A stretch of 63,128 bases of DNA, the filler included, from Circinaria calcarea (lineage: Eukaryota), in assembly GCA_051942165.1 (NCBI GenBank). It is 24 parts of 24 records of this genome, joined end to end, with 100 filler letters (N's around TTAATTAATTAA, not from the genome) between each part and the next. Parts side by side here need not be neighbours in the genome. Positions count along the whole stretch, not along the records: positions 36,968 to 39,498 come from JAVECS010003463.1; positions 39,599 to 42,128 come from JAVECS010003464.1; positions 42,229 to 44,758 come from JAVECS010003465.1; positions 44,859 to 47,387 come from JAVECS010003466.1; positions 47,488 to 50,015 come from JAVECS010003467.1; positions 50,116 to 52,643 come from JAVECS010003468.1; 18 more parts are not named here. One strand, given 5' to 3'. Below, in pieces: positions 36,968-50,382 of this stretch; positions within the stretch are counted from its first letter, which is position 1, and every line of letters begins with the position of its first letter. The position numbers and the translations under genes are program-made. The notes beneath the pieces were generated by a model that was not told the DNA's origin, did not search any database, and saw only the letters and a list, made by a program, of their open reading frames with translations.

Positions 36968-37872
36968 CCTTAATCATCCATCTTTTAAACTCGATCATTC
37001 CCACAAGAAGCACCTTGCTAGGCAACTCTTCGAAGGCCTTGACCATCTCCACCGTCGTGGTGTCTTACATAGGGATATTAAAGCAGCCAACATACTTATA
37101 AGCAGTACCGGTCAACTCAAATTAGCAGATTTCGGTCTCGCACGCTTCTTCGCTAAACGTCGGCAGCTTGATTACACGAACAGAGTAATCACAATCTGGT
37201 ATCGTCCTCCCGAGCTACTCCTGGGCGAAACCCAATATGGTCCCGCAGTTGACATATGGAGTGCTGCGTGTGTGATGATTGAAATATTCACCAAGCACGC
37301 CATTTTCCCAGGAGATGGAGGTGAAATCAATCAGCTTGATAAACTCTACAATGTACTCGGTACACCGACCAGATCAGAGTGGCCGGGCCTGGTCGATATG
37401 GCCTGGTTCGAATTACTGAGACCTACGGAGAGGAAGCCAAACGTTTTCGCGGAGAAGTATCGTGAGAGGCTTACTCCAGCTGCTTTCGAACTTCTCCAAG
37501 CCATGTTCCTATATGACCCTGCTAAGCGACCAACGGCGGGCGATGTGTTGGAGCATCCGTATTTCACTACGGAGGAGCCAGCACCAGTGCCGGCATTTGG
37601 GTAAGCTCACCACTTCAGTGTCTGGTAGTATCCATACATGTACTAATCATATGAACAGGCTCAAGGACCTTCAGGGCGATTGGCACGAATTCGAATCAAA
37701 AGCTCTGCGACGGGAAAACGAACGTAAGGATAAGGAAGCAAGGAGAGCCGTGCGTCACGAGGAACATCAGCGAGAGAAAGAGAAACGGCGGGCGAGTGTT
37801 TCGGCTAGCACAGAAAGAGACGCAAAACGGATCCGGCCGAGCTCAAGTCAGGGCGGCGCTGAGGTCAAATGA
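36968..37872 (+). CDS. CTK1: RNA polymerase II CTD kinase subunit alpha (CTK1/Lsk1), 3' part
   Basis: HRDIKAANIL, LADFGLAR, DYTNRVITIWYRPPELLLGETQYG, intron at ~37601-37658, GDWHEFESKALRRE. Confidence 0.9.
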
Positions 37873-38600
37873 AGAACGCCACGGGAAACCTCTTGGTTTC
37901 GTCCCCATTGTTGGGCGAAGGAGGGCGCCAAGAGCATTTTGAACAATGCGAACAAGGCATCGTGTATGCCAAAGGTGTTTACAGCCAAACGCATGGAATT
38001 CGTTTCCATTTTCGGGTGGGCCCTCTCGCGTGGTCCCGGGGTTTTCGGTGGGTGTGCGCATGTAGATAGAGGGGGCCAACTCGGCCTGCCAGAGTAAGGG
38101 CATATACTCTTGGAGTTTAGACCCGGAGGGATCTTCCCAACGTCCCGGGACAAAACCTAGATCAAGAGTGATTCGTCACCTTCTACGCAGGTTTTCTTCT
38201 CATGGACTTTAATGACTGTATGTGCACGGGTTTGAACTTGCTAGTGAGATTCGAATTGCTTGACTTATCACGCCGAACAAGAGCTCACCTTGCCGATAGA
38301 GTTCACGCTCGCGTTGTTCCCAAGCTGGACGCTACCGTTTCTCAAGTGCAGGGAAGCAGTCGTAAGGAAAGGTGGTAGTTGGAAAGAATAGCAGCTGCCG
38401 TCGCTTATTGCTGCCGGAAAACCCACCCCATGCCCTCAACACCGCATCGTTGCCTTCAATCCATGGTATCGTACTCCTGTTCCAAACCGCGCCCATCCCA
38501 TCCGCCTATCACTACCTCCTCCCCCCTCCTCTTCCATTACCATCCTCCCCCTCTCTTTCATTTCATACACCACCCTCCCGCGGGCCCCCCTCAGAAACCC

Positions 38601-39163
38601 TCAAGTCGCCACCGTCCCATACGTCGTCGTGCCGCCGCGCTGCACGTTCTCCGAATACACCCCTGGCGCCCGTCTTGCCGACACCTGGCCCAAGCGGCTC
38701 TGATCCCGACGTTCAAAGTAGACGTATTCAAGGTAGAAGGCGTGAATATGACCCGGGAAGTACCTGTCGCGGTTTTAGGAAACACGTTAGTGAGGCGCGG
38801 GGAACGAGAGGTTCGCAAAGGATATAGAGGAAAAAGGGAGAGCGGATATTGAAATGGAAGGATGTTGGTGGGGGGGGAGAGATGGGGACCTTACCCGAGG
38901 ATGGTCAGACAGATGTTAATAAAGAGATCAGCACCACAGCCTGCCACCAGGAAGACGCCGACGGGGGGGACTTGTAACGGAGGGTTAGCGGGGTGCGGTA
39001 AAAGGGAGTTTGGGACTGCAGTCGCGCATGAAGACGGCACGGAAGGGGATAGGATGGAAGGAAAGCCTAGAAACAGGGTATTTTGGTGAGTCAGGAGCTG
39101 GAACTTACCGAGGATGGTGATGAGGATGAGGAGGACGGCGGAGATGGGGTCGGTGCCTGCCAT
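38601..39163 (-). CDS. PMP3/RCI2-family plasma membrane proteolipid with C-terminal extension
   Basis: Exons 39163-39109, 38970-38895, 38763-38601. ILITILVPPVGVFLVAGCGADLFINICLTILGYFPGHIHAFYLEYVY. Confidence 0.9.
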
Positions 39164-40771
39164 GCTGGTGGACGTTGTACAATTCTTGGGGTGATGGTTG
39201 TAGCGATGATAATAGCGATGATAAAGGGCAGGACACTTGATGGTCGGTGGGGTTTTGCGAGTGTAGAATGGTGAAGTAGGACCTTATGCTTCCATCGGAA
39301 GTCACTTGAGAGGAGACTGAGCCTTGGCAACGGCACCGGCAACACGTCATCGCTGTACCGTCAAAGCGCGCCAAACGCTTATCTAAATCCCTCTTAGCCG
39401 CACAGTACTATTATTGGGACTCGTGGCAATCAGGTCACTTCGTGTGCAATCTCCGGCGAAATAGAATGATACTAATACTCGAAAATAATGATTCAATANN
39501 NNNNNNNNNNNNNNNNNNNNNNNNNNNNNNNNNNNNNNNNNNTTAATTAATTAANNNNNNNNNNNNNNNNNNNNNNNNNNNNNNNNNNNNNNNNNNNNCC
39601 CCTCCCCTTTTTCTTCCCCAAAGAAAAAGCTTTCCCCTCACTCACCGACCCTCCTCACTCACCGAACCCCTCAGTAACGCCCATCCGGCCATCTCGCCCA
39701 GTCAAGGTAACAAGACCCGTACGCTACAGAATCCCAAATCCCAAATCCCAAATCCCAGGTCTATCGTGTCGAATCGTGTTGGATCGAGTGCCATGACGAA
39801 AGGGTAAGAGAGAGAGAAGAGAGAGAGAAGAGAGATGTGAGGAAAGGGGAAAAAAAAGGGGGATTCCCTACTCTTACCCCCCCGTACTCCCAATATGTAA
39901 CTAACTGATCGATGGGATTGGCAATCAAGAAAGTTTCCCCCATTCCTCATCCTCATCCTCATCTTCATGCTCATTCCCATGCTCATTCCCATATTTCCAT
40001 GGTCTGACACGAATACGGGATAGGAACATGGATACGAAAGGAATTTCCACATAGCTCCGGGCTGGGAAGAAGCCCGCAATTCAAAAACTTTTGCAGGTAA
40101 GAGGGAAAAAAGACATGGTTCCAGTTTTATTCTGTTCTTTTTCCCCTGGATTATTCTCATGGCTTCTTTCCCTCCATTCGTCCTGGAAAACACCCATCTA
40201 ATCCTCCTCCATCCACAGCACCACCCATCAAAAAAGCGCCATCGAACCTTTACATATGTACGTTTACGAACCCCCTTTCTCGTCCAGCCTCCCCCCAGCT
40301 TCGTTCGCGCCCCAACCGATTAACAGTTGTTAAGCCCGCCAGAACCATTAAGTATAAACCTCCCGCTTACTCCGCTCCGAGCCATCTGCCTAACCTCGCT
40401 TCCCCCCTTTCTTGCTGTTTATCGCTGTGCCCAACCCTATCCATCCTCCTTCCCGAATCGGTCTCGTAAAGAAAAGAAGCGCTTTTGGGGAGTTTGTTGA
40501 CTGGAAACAACTGTGGAGGAATCGAGAGTGCATGGAACCAAAGAAGTAAAGAAAAGGAGCTTGCGCTCGAGAGATGTACATGTACGTAGAGGCCACGTGT
40601 GTAGATTTGCCCAGATGGAGGGGAGGGCAGAATAAAAGAAATTAGTCTTTTTGCGTGCAGCCGTAAAAGTCGTAAGTTTCTCTCAGCCAGGGCCGAGTCA
40701 AGCTCCAGACCAAAAAGACCTCGAGGCAATCGGGTTATTGCCTCGCCATCTTTCTTTTCCTGGCAGAGATA

Positions 40772-42101
40772 TCAAGGATGACCGTGCGGTTTCCCATCTT
40801 CCTGTCCTCCTTCCTGTTCTTCTTCCTGTTCCCTTTGACTTCCCAATTCCTTGCTGCCCGATCCTTTGCCTAGTCTTTCATCTTCACTCTGGCTGGCACT
40901 CTCGTCTCCCACTGCTTCATTTCTCAACATTTCAGCCCGATCACTTAGGACCTTTGCCTGTTCCGCCGCCTTCTGCGCCCGGATCTGCTTCCGCCACATA
41001 CTGGCGTACCTTCCCTTCATTCTCAACAATTCGTCGTGTGTGCCTGACTCCGCCACTTTTCCAGCATGTAGGACCAGGATTTGGTCGGCGGTGGTGATGG
41101 TGGAAAGGCGGTGGGCAATAACGAGAGTAGTGCGGCCTTGGGAGAGTTTGTCGAGGGCTTCTTGGATGTGTTGCTCGGTGTCGGAGTCGAGCGCGGCGGT
41201 GGCTTCATCGAGAAGAATGATACGTGGGTCTTTGAGAATGGTGCGTGCGATGGCGACTCGTTGTTTCTCGCCTCCGGAAAGCTTGAGGCCTCGCTCGCCG
41301 ACACGGGAATTGTAGCCATCGGGAAAATTGAGGATCTTATCGTGAATACTTGCTGCACGGCAGGCAGAGAAGACGTCTTCATCGGTGGCCGAAGGGTTGG
41401 CATACTTGAGGTTGTACATGAGAGTTTCATTAAAGAGAACCGTGTCCTGAGGGACAACGCCAATGTGTCGACGCAGGGAATCAATTTTGAGAGTCTTAAC
41501 GTCGTGTCCGTCGATTTGAATGCTCCCTTCGACGGTGTTGTAGAATCGGAAAAGGAGGCGGAAGATGGTCGACTTTCCACCGCCAGACTCCCCTACGAGA
41601 GCAGTAGTGGTACCTGGTGCACAGCGGAAGCTCAGGCCGTCTAGGGCAGGCTTTCGTGGATCGTAAGCAAACTTGACATCGTTGAAGCGGATCTCGCCTT
41701 GGCATGACGGAAAGTTTTGTGCCGTGGGATCATCCGTGACCGTTGGATGTTCTTTGAAAAGTTCCAACATGCGCTCGGAGTTGATCATAGCGGACTGAAT
41801 GGACCTGTAGAAAGTACCAAAGTAATTCAAAGGTCCTTGGAGCTGGGCCATGTAGGTAAGCAGCTCCACGAACAGTCCCACATTACGTTTGCCGGTTGTA
41901 ATTTGGTAAGCTGCTATGAAACAGGTAATGAGTAGGCCTAGTGTAAATACTAGATTCTGAGATACGTTCATGATGTTTAGTGATATTAGGACCTTGTATT
42001 CGGCCTTTTGGTAGTCTTTCACTGCGCCTCGATAGCGGTCAAACTCGTACTGTTCTGCATTGAAATACTTTACGGTCTCGTAAGACACCATGGAGTCATT
42101 C
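40772..42101 (-). CDS. hmt1: HMT1/ABCB6-type half ABC transporter (heavy metal tolerance), last exon
   Basis: SYETVKYFNAE, QLQGPLNYFGTFYR, Walker A GESGGGKS, VVPQD, signature LSGGEKQR, Walker B IILLDEAT, IAHRLST. Confidence 0.88.
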
Positions 42102-42228
42102 CTTACACGATATATTAGTGGCTAATGCNNNNNNNNNNNNNNNNNNNNNNNNNNNNNNNNNNNNNNNNNNNNTTAATTAATTAANNNNNNNNNNNNNNNN
42201 NNNNNNNNNNNNNNNNNNNNNNNNNNNN

Positions 42229-44758
42229 GGTTCCCTCTCATCCCTCGGGTCCACCCCTTCACTCCCGAGTAACCTCTCCCCTCTCCTTTCTCCAACACCA
42301 AGTCTGACTCTACCTTTGGTAAACCGGCCCACAAACCCACTGACCGCCTCACCGACTCCCTGCATAACGCCCCACAACCTCTCTTCCCACCTCTCCACAT
42401 GCCCACTGGCTTCACCGTCCCCACCTCTTTCCTGAGCTTCGATTTTGAATTGGTATTTCAGGCAATCTTTGACAGTAACCAGACCCGCAAGACGGCCTTT
42501 AAATTCGACAAGCACGACGCGCGGGCCCATTTTTTTAAAAAGTTCCATGACCGTCTCGAGGGGGAGACGAGGATGCACGGCCAAGGGGGTGGGATCGACG
42601 AAGCGGCTAAAATCAATGGTTTGGATGCCCGAGGAGCTGGCGATGGCGTCGAAAGTGACGGGTGGCACAGTGGCGGTAGGCGTTCTAACAGCTACAGAAG
42701 CAGGGGGATAGAACAGACATTTTGCCTGCGGACTGATGATCGATTCCTTTTTCGTCCGGTCGATTGCATATCTGAGTTCTGTGCGGCCAATGTATCCGAG
42801 GAGGATTCTCGAGGTACGATTCTCGACAACGGGGAAGCCTTGGTATTTTGTGTTTCGGAGGAGGGATTCTAATGCGCGGAGGGAAAGGCCAGTGGACGGA
42901 AGGTGTGTGATCTGCGAGTGAGGAGTCATGACCCGGGAGACAGGGACATGAAAAGTGTGTTCTTCCTTGGTGTCGAGGAAGGGGAAGCCGTTGAACCAAA
43001 TCATGCGGTCTGCTATACCGCCTTTGGCGAAACGGGTGGAGATGGCTTTGGTGGTACCGACAACAATCTGGGAGTAACCGTTTAGACAAAATAAGGAGTT
43101 AACAGGTTGGAGGAATCAAGCTTACCATTGTGGGTAGTATATACGTCAAAGCTCCCGTTAGTTCAAACATGATGACCACAACAGAGACTGTAATGTGCAT
43201 GATCCCGCTGAGAGCAGCTCCAGCGCCGAGGAAAGCATATGTTCCAGGTGTGATACAAGGAACGTCTGGTTCGCAGGCTGCAAAGAATCGCGACTGAGGG
43301 AAGTTTTCGTGGAGAGCTTGGACAAGAATACCAACCATTCTTCCAAAAGACGCTCCGATAGCCATGGACGGTACGAAGATCCCTGCTGGTACTTTACAGC
43401 CATATGAGATGATCACAAGAAATGTCCGCATCAATGTTGCAAATGCCAGTGACAGTACCATGCTCCAACGATTCTTTGCACTACAGTTGAGTTAGCTTTG
43501 ATATGCAGTGATAGTCGTAACGTACTTACTCGCACAAGTCATCATAGTCATGACCGCCCTCGCACTCTAGAAACAAGATTTCCAGGCTTTCGGTCATATC
43601 TATTCTCAAAAACATGTTCGGGTAGCAGAGAATGGCAGTACCCGCGGCAAGCAGCGTTGCCTCGAGTACCGCGTATCTGGTCAAATATCTTTTCCGAAAC
43701 GCCTGTGCTCTAAGGTTCCATTTGATGACGAAAGCACCATACAAACCTCCGAAAATGCCGAGAAAAACGAAGAAAATAATCTCGAAGAAGTGCCAGGATC
43801 GATCATATCTGACCTGAAACATGACCAGCTGCCCGGTCCGAAAAGGGTTCATGGCCTCAGAAACATCTATCAGCAAGATCCAGGAACTCTCATAGAGCAA
43901 AGACTAACCGCTAACACAGCAGTTGCAACGAGAGCACAAAAATAGCTCCTCCACATGGTTTTTAGGGGAAAATAAGAAGACATTTCCTGCGATGAATCAG
44001 CATGAAAGCTTTCCGCTCCCTACCTGAATATGCTAACCTCTAAAGAAAACAGCACGCCACCGATTGGGCTTCCAAATGCTACCGCAACACCCGCTGCGGC
44101 GCAGGCGCTAAGTATTTCCCTTGTCTTCGCTGCATTCCGCTTGTACTTGTCGAAGAATCTTGAAATGACGTTGCCTGTGCACACAGCATAATGCACGCTT
44201 GGTCCCTCCTTGCCAACAGACAAGCCAGATGCAATTGCAAGCGGAAGACAGATTGATTTGATGAGCAACGTCCAGAAGCTCAGAAATCCTTTCATGACAA
44301 AGCCAGCGATAATACATTTGATCTCGGAAATACCAGAACCTGCAGCGTAGGGGGCAAAGGACTTGACAAGACTAGCTGAGATGAAGGCAAAGAGTATCTA
44401 CGTTATTTGTGAGTACGATAGATAGAGGAATCTGGTCTTAGAGCCTACCGAGAAAACGAAGTAGAGAAAGTAATTGATGGGCCAGATCGAGCTCCACCTG
44501 TGCCACTCAGCACAGCCTACTGCCGTCAGTTTCCAATTGAATAGTAGAGTTCTGTGAGACTTACCAGACTCCGCACCCCAGCAACAAAAGTTCTCATTGA
44601 GGTAAAAAGCTGTAGTGCAGTGCCCGAGCTTAACGTCCGAGAGCCATTCTGTGATGATGTTGAGAAAGGCTGCATTCAGTCCAATGGCCACTCCCACCAA
44701 TGTAACAACAATCCAAGCTTGTCCAGCATCATAAGACTCCCATAGCTTATGTCTGAAC
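42229..44758 (-). CDS. CLC voltage-gated chloride channel/exchanger (GEF1/CLC-3-like) with CBS domains, both ends truncated
   Basis: Selectivity motifs GSGISE, GKEGP and [25 protein letters not shown] and a C-terminal CBS pair. Multiple GT-AG introns. Confidence 0.95.
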
Positions 44759-44858
44759 NNNNNNNNNNNNNNNNNNNNNNNNNNNNNNNNNNNNNNNNNN
44801 NNTTAATTAATTAANNNNNNNNNNNNNNNNNNNNNNNNNNNNNNNNNNNNNNNNNNNN

Positions 44859-45190
44859 CCCCCAGCACCGCCATCACCACCCCCTCCGAAACCATCTTCC
44901 TGCCCCGCTCGGCCATGAACCGGTCGGTGCACTTCCGGCCCCATCGTCCTATCTCAGACGGGAACCCACAAGCGGCGGCCCCTTTCGCCCTCATCATCGG
45001 CTCCCGGCACGGTGCGAAGCCGGGCCCGCCGGTTGGAATCTTCTTCACCGAGGAAGACTTGGGGCCGTGGGTGGATGTAGCGGACAAGGAGAATGAGAGG
45101 AAGATGAGGCCGCTGAAGAGAAAAGGGAAGGCCATGTTTGAGGAATTTGATGAGGATGACGATTGTGATGTGATTCTGTTTGGGGAATAG
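44859..45190 (+). CDS. Hypothetical protein, C-terminal fragment
   Basis: GC-rich frame open from the contig start to TAG at 45190, ending in an acidic tail. No recognised domain. Confidence 0.4.
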
Positions 45191-46238
45191 AATAGAAAAT
45201 CCAGGGCCGCTAGTCGTCCTAAATAGTCTAGCCCAGTGTTATGGCGTGCGTGCCATACTTAAGGTCAGACTAGCTCCGGAACCGAGAAACCCCTGGATCG
45301 GTTGCTTAGTATGCTCATGGAGGTGAGCAGGGTGAGCAACGTATTATATATAGTAGGCTATTCTGCGCTCTTTAGAGTAGCATGCTTATAGAACCATAAC
45401 GAGAATTCAATATACTTCTTTTATATTGAGTCTAGGGCAACAGTTCAACTACACCCTATATAACCGTGCTATCACCAATCGGGACATAATATATTCCTCA
45501 TTGTGCCTCAAGAATTGCAGCGCCCTTACATTTCAGCTCATTAACTTGCTTCCTGGTATTAAGCTGTAGTATTGGTTGCAAGATTTAATTAATCTTATCC
45601 CATGCCTATAAGAATATTCCCGCAGCATTCCCCTCCATGATTTCGCCTTGCCTCGATCCGTGTAATGTTGATTCCTTTCTAAGACTACAAAACATTCTGT
45701 CGTCCCACCCACTAGGACCGGAAATATATCTTAGCTACAACGGCAGACACTCCCGCAATCATACTGATGCCATTAATCACAGTGTTTGCAACAACCCATT
45801 TGTCAACAGGCTGTTCTATTTACATGTTAATGAATTGATACTCCTTCTTAGATGGTAGATTTTTGCCACATACCATCCAAAACCCTGACTTCTAGTCCCT
45901 TGACATCGACTGTCTCTCCATTTTCTGGGGCTGTATGGTCCAAATTCTTGCGATTAACGAGAGTTTGGCAAGCATGCATCCTAAGCTTTGACTGACCTAC
46001 AGAACCCCATTCTGATATTGTATACGAACCCCTTCGGACCTGTCCTTTATCAATCATTGAAATTGATGGCATTCCGAATAGCTTCTATGTTTGCAAACGA
46101 GGTCAATTTGTTGAAAGGGTGTGAAACGGCTGTGGATTTGCTATGTGGGAGGCTCGCTATCTATATGATATGATAGTGATGATGACATCAGCACTAGGCC
46201 TAATAAGTTATAGGGCGAATTTCAACACAATTAAAATA

Positions 46239-46380
46239 TCCCTTAGACCGTTGCTCATACGGACCGAACCGTGCACTTAGACGCGCTCCAACTTCTGGTG
46301 CGTGCTAACCTAGCTGACCAATCCCAATCTTGTATCCAAGAAACGCACGGTTCGGTCCGTATAAGCAATAGTTTAAGGGA
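46239..46380. mobile_element. MITE-like element, 36-bp terminal inverted repeats, TA flanks
   Basis: 46239-46274 TCCCTTAGACCGTTGCTCATACGGACCGAACCGTGC versus the reverse complement of 46345-46380: 4 mismatches, all transitions. TA at 46237-38 and 46381-82. Confidence 0.78.
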
Positions 46381-46573
46381 TAGCCGATCCTGATGCTTAT
46401 GTACAAAATTTGGATTAATTTATTTCAGTTGCAAAAGTGGTAGTTGGTTCAATGCTTTTTCTCGATGACTAGATTCAATGTTGTAAGTGGCAGTAAGTTT
46501 TAAATATCTGAACAGCGTCTTAAAATGCCGCAGTAGGGTGCTTTCTCTAACCAAGCAGATATATATAGTTTTT

Positions 46574-46822
46574 ACCGGGTAAAAAGCCCCCATGCGATCT
46601 TCAATAGAATTCTCTTAAGATGTATTGGCCTGGCCCCGCTTGCCCGAATGCAATGCCACGAATATAGCTGCAGTCATCAAGCTAAACAGGTGCAAATGTT
46701 CTCTCACCGAATAAACGCCTTTATGCGATTTCTAACAGAATTATCCTGAGATGTATTGGCCTGGCCCCGCTGTCGCAATTGCCCTAAAACGCAATACCAC
46801 GTAGCAGTAACCATCAAACTAA
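46574..46822 (+). repeat. Degenerate tandem duplication, period ~131 bp
   Basis: Identical 23-bp core AGATGTATTGGCCTGGCCCCGCT at 46618-46640 and 46749-46771, with similar flanks. Confidence 0.75.
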
Positions 46823-47487
46823 TTAAAGGTTTTTGGAGGATACTTACGTAGTAGAGCAGACAATAGTGACGAATTATTACTCCATATATAACTACAAGAT
46901 GTCAATGGTTTATTTCATTAACGCTCCGTTTAATTAAATACGAGAAAAGAACTACTTTACGCCTTTGGTATCCCTGTCGAGCTATTTCCTGGACAAAACG
47001 GCCAAAACAGCCACCGGAACTGATATAGAAACATTTTTGTCTAGAGTTCAAGTTTAGTTTCGGAAAACTTACCGTACTTAATAACAGGCCATAATCAACA
47101 GAAAGCACGCAGAGTCTAGGCAGTAGGGGGTTGTGCGAGGCAGGAGAGGCTGTGTTAGGCAACAGTATTAACGAATGTTAGATATGAGTACTTATAGCCG
47201 TGTATGTGGCAGCCAATTCAGGCTCCCCTGCGCTCTGCCCGTATGCAACGCCCCGTGCTCCCTCGCTGCTCCCTTTAAAGCGGCCCTGTTCCCTTTCCCG
47301 TCCCGGAACAGCAACCCCCAGTCCTAAATTCGGGGTATCTATATATAAATATAAATATATTTAAGCCTTTTACGCCTAATATACTTTNNNNNNNNNNNNN
47401 NNNNNNNNNNNNNNNNNNNNNNNNNNNNNNNTTAATTAATTAANNNNNNNNNNNNNNNNNNNNNNNNNNNNNNNNNNNNNNNNNNNN

Positions 47488-48523
47488 CTACACGCGCAAA
47501 CCACCATCTATCCAGGCGATGCAGACGAAGGTCAGAAGCCGACATTTCTTGTTGCGCAGACCAGATTGCTCAAGCTCTCCCGAAACACCTCTTCCACCAA
47601 CAAGCAAGGCTCTGGAGGCCTCAGCAAGCCGGACCCAGCGCCGAACGACCTAGGAACATCGTCGGGGAACAATACCGGAGGATCGCAGGTTGCGCAACGG
47701 ACAAGCACGCCGCAACCGTCGTCCACAAACAATTATAACGAAGTCATCACTCAGCCTGGTTGCAGTGGCCTTCCCATAGGCAACCAGCACGAAGCCCTTG
47801 CATCACAAGACAATGTCTTTGATGAACTCAAGACAACGCGGAGTACGAGCTGGCAGTTTGAACTGCGGCAAATGGAGAAACGCAATAGACTACTCGCAGA
47901 AGAGTTGCAAAGTTTACTTTCGAACAAGAAGAAGAGAAAACGAAGGAAGGGCGCCGGCCAGATGCAAAAGGACTGCGCCAACTGTCATACTCGCTCTACG
48001 CCAGAATGGAGACGGGGACCCAGCGGGAATCGGGATCTCTGTAACAGTTGCGGGCTTCGATGGGCTAAACAGGTGAGTGGGCGTGTCGTGGACTGCTGCT
48101 ATGTCACGGTCCTCTGTAGCGAGACCAGGTCATATCATGTCTTCCCCATTGCCCGAGTACCATCACCGGCAGCCGCTCTGATGTCATCTCACAGCTCTTT
48201 GATGCGTGTCATGATTACCTTACTCATTTGGAATCCGGGTATACTAATTCCAGCGTTTCTTACGTCAGAATGGACGGGTCTCTCCGCGTACCTCCTCTCA
48301 GCACAGTGACAAGCAATCCGCGTCACCGTCCCATTCATCTCCACTTCAGCCGACCCCGAGTACCTCTCCCGACAAAAAGTCCCCGCAGACGCAGAACGCG
48401 GACTCGCACAACGCGAAGACATCACGTATGGAAGCCGCCGCCTCCCAAGGATACGGAGGTGGCATACCGGCCAAGATCGAAGAGGGCGAAGAACCACTCG
48501 ACAGTGTCCCGCTGGCCCGATGA
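47488..48523 (+). CDS. wc-1: White collar-1 blue-light receptor / GATA transcription factor, C-terminal part
   Basis: DNVFDELKTTRSTSWQFELRQMEKRNRLLAEELQSLLSNKKKRKRRKG, zinc finger CANCHTRSTPEWRRGPSGNRDLCNSCGLRWAKQ, intron 48073-48268, then NGRVSPR...; stop at 48521-48523. Confidence 0.93.
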
Positions 48524-50382
48524 CTCGAGGCGACTTCTCGGCTACAGGAAAATGGTGTATTCAATCGCTCATTGGGGATACTAACGCAACGGATCATGAA
48601 CGACGGAAGAAAGGTGCTTTTGATAGGTTTTTATACCCCTCTTTGTCAATTTGCTTACCATCACTCCCCACGGGGGCTTTGCTGCAGGGTGAATTACGAC
48701 CTGGACGTTTCCTTCCTGGCGGATCCGAACATCGTTTTTCTCGCCTTCACCCACACGGGAATGTTATCTTGTCTCGTTTCTCTTCCTCCTTCCTTCGTCG
48801 GTTCAAATTTTTGGCCTGGCGTCTTGATTCCACACTTAATCTCTCCTTGTATTTTCGCGGCTCGGTTGCAATTTGCTACCGCTCGAACCTCAAAATCTAC
48901 TGAGATACCATTGTTGCGTTACCCGATAGCCAAAGCTTTGATGATTATCAGTATATAGCCACGTCTTCGTAGTTTTATCCATGCCTTCTGCCTAAAGCTG
49001 TGCGAGGCGCGAGAGTGACAAACTCGTCATGAGACTGCATGAATTGCAGTTCAACCCCTGTTTCATCATAGGGTTTTGCAAACCCTTTGGACCGGATATA
49101 TTGTCTCATGATGACTTTTATATTCTTTCTCCCCAAGGAGCTTAATGGCACTGATATCCAAGGAACCACACTGAAATCATTGCCCTTGCCCGCTAAGATC
49201 GTCAGTAAGCGGGCTCCAAGCAGCCCGCCTGTCACCGGCGCTAGTATTTGGCCTCTAAGCATGACCTTCCCTTTTTTTTTAAAAAAAAATGGGGCACCCT
49301 CGATCATCTTGACATATCACGCTCTCGCATACAAAAGTACTATTTTTTTGGTGGGTATGATTTCTTCTAGAGAAAAACAATCCTATCCCATTATCCCTCC
49401 CTTTCATTCTGGGCTAATCTTACCGAAACCTCCCTGATTCCGGGGAACCTGTTCGCTCTGGTCTTATCTGGAAAAGGGGGGTTTTTTTAATATATATTAA
49501 AAAATTTGGCCATCTGGAAGAATATAATTACTTTCACACACACACACACACACACTCTCTCTCTCTCTCTAAAAACCCCCCAAAAAAACAAAAACAAACC
49601 TAACTGTCAAGATTTAGAGAGTTATGCACTACGTGGAAACCAAGGGGACGGAGCGGGTGAACTAACCCCCGCGACACATACACATAGCAGAGGCCTTCTG
49701 CTATACCATTCAATAGTGAAGTCCATACACATCAACTGGTAGTTACCATAGCCAATACAGCCTATTCCACCCTGTATTACCTTTATTATTTCACACTAAC
49801 CGATCCCCTTTCCTCCCCCTTTGCAACTTCTTTCTACGTTTATTCTTCTATCCTCCCCATTCTCCCCATTCTCCAGGGCCCCTCTTCTAGCACTTCCAGC
49901 ACTTTCAGCACTAGTAGTATCCATATCCACAGCCTCATTTCCTTCCTTCCTCATTTACTTCCTTCCCTCTCCTCCTTCTTCATCCTCACCTTCTCCCCCA
50001 AACACTCTCTAACCCNNNNNNNNNNNNNNNNNNNNNNNNNNNNNNNNNNNNNNNNNNNNTTAATTAATTAANNNNNNNNNNNNNNNNNNNNNNNNNNNNN
50101 NNNNNNNNNNNNNNNTCCCTCTACCTACCTACCTATTGTTGAAAAAGGCAGGTGAGCATGCAGAATATGAAGGTTGCTTGCATTCCTATGTGTGTGTACC
50201 CACTATTTATGCTATGAAAGAGCAACACGCCGCTAAATCTAATCGGGTTTATAAAATAATTTCTAATATAAATTTTATTTAGTTTTTTAATTCGTAATAT
50301 TAATATTATTATATATGACTTATTAATTTTAATCAATCTATTGCTAGCTACTGTTCCCAGAATTAACTCACCGCTAATAAAA

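Noticed and set aside
40651..41935. Long plus-strand ORFs opposite the ABC transporter (similar shadow ORFs over TBCE, CLC, TTI1)
   Set aside because: Antisense shadows of real coding sequence, with no independent motifs.
45245..45320. GCCATACTTAAGGTCAGAC resembling the internal part of fungal 5S rRNA
   Set aside because: Only about 12 nt of similarity; no terminal stem or C-box.
7948..48523. Apparent light-response cluster (bli-3 with wc-1) or mitochondrial cluster (PAM18, BCS1, NDUFB3)
   Set aside because: The genes are on different contigs, so their co-occurrence reflects sorting by length.
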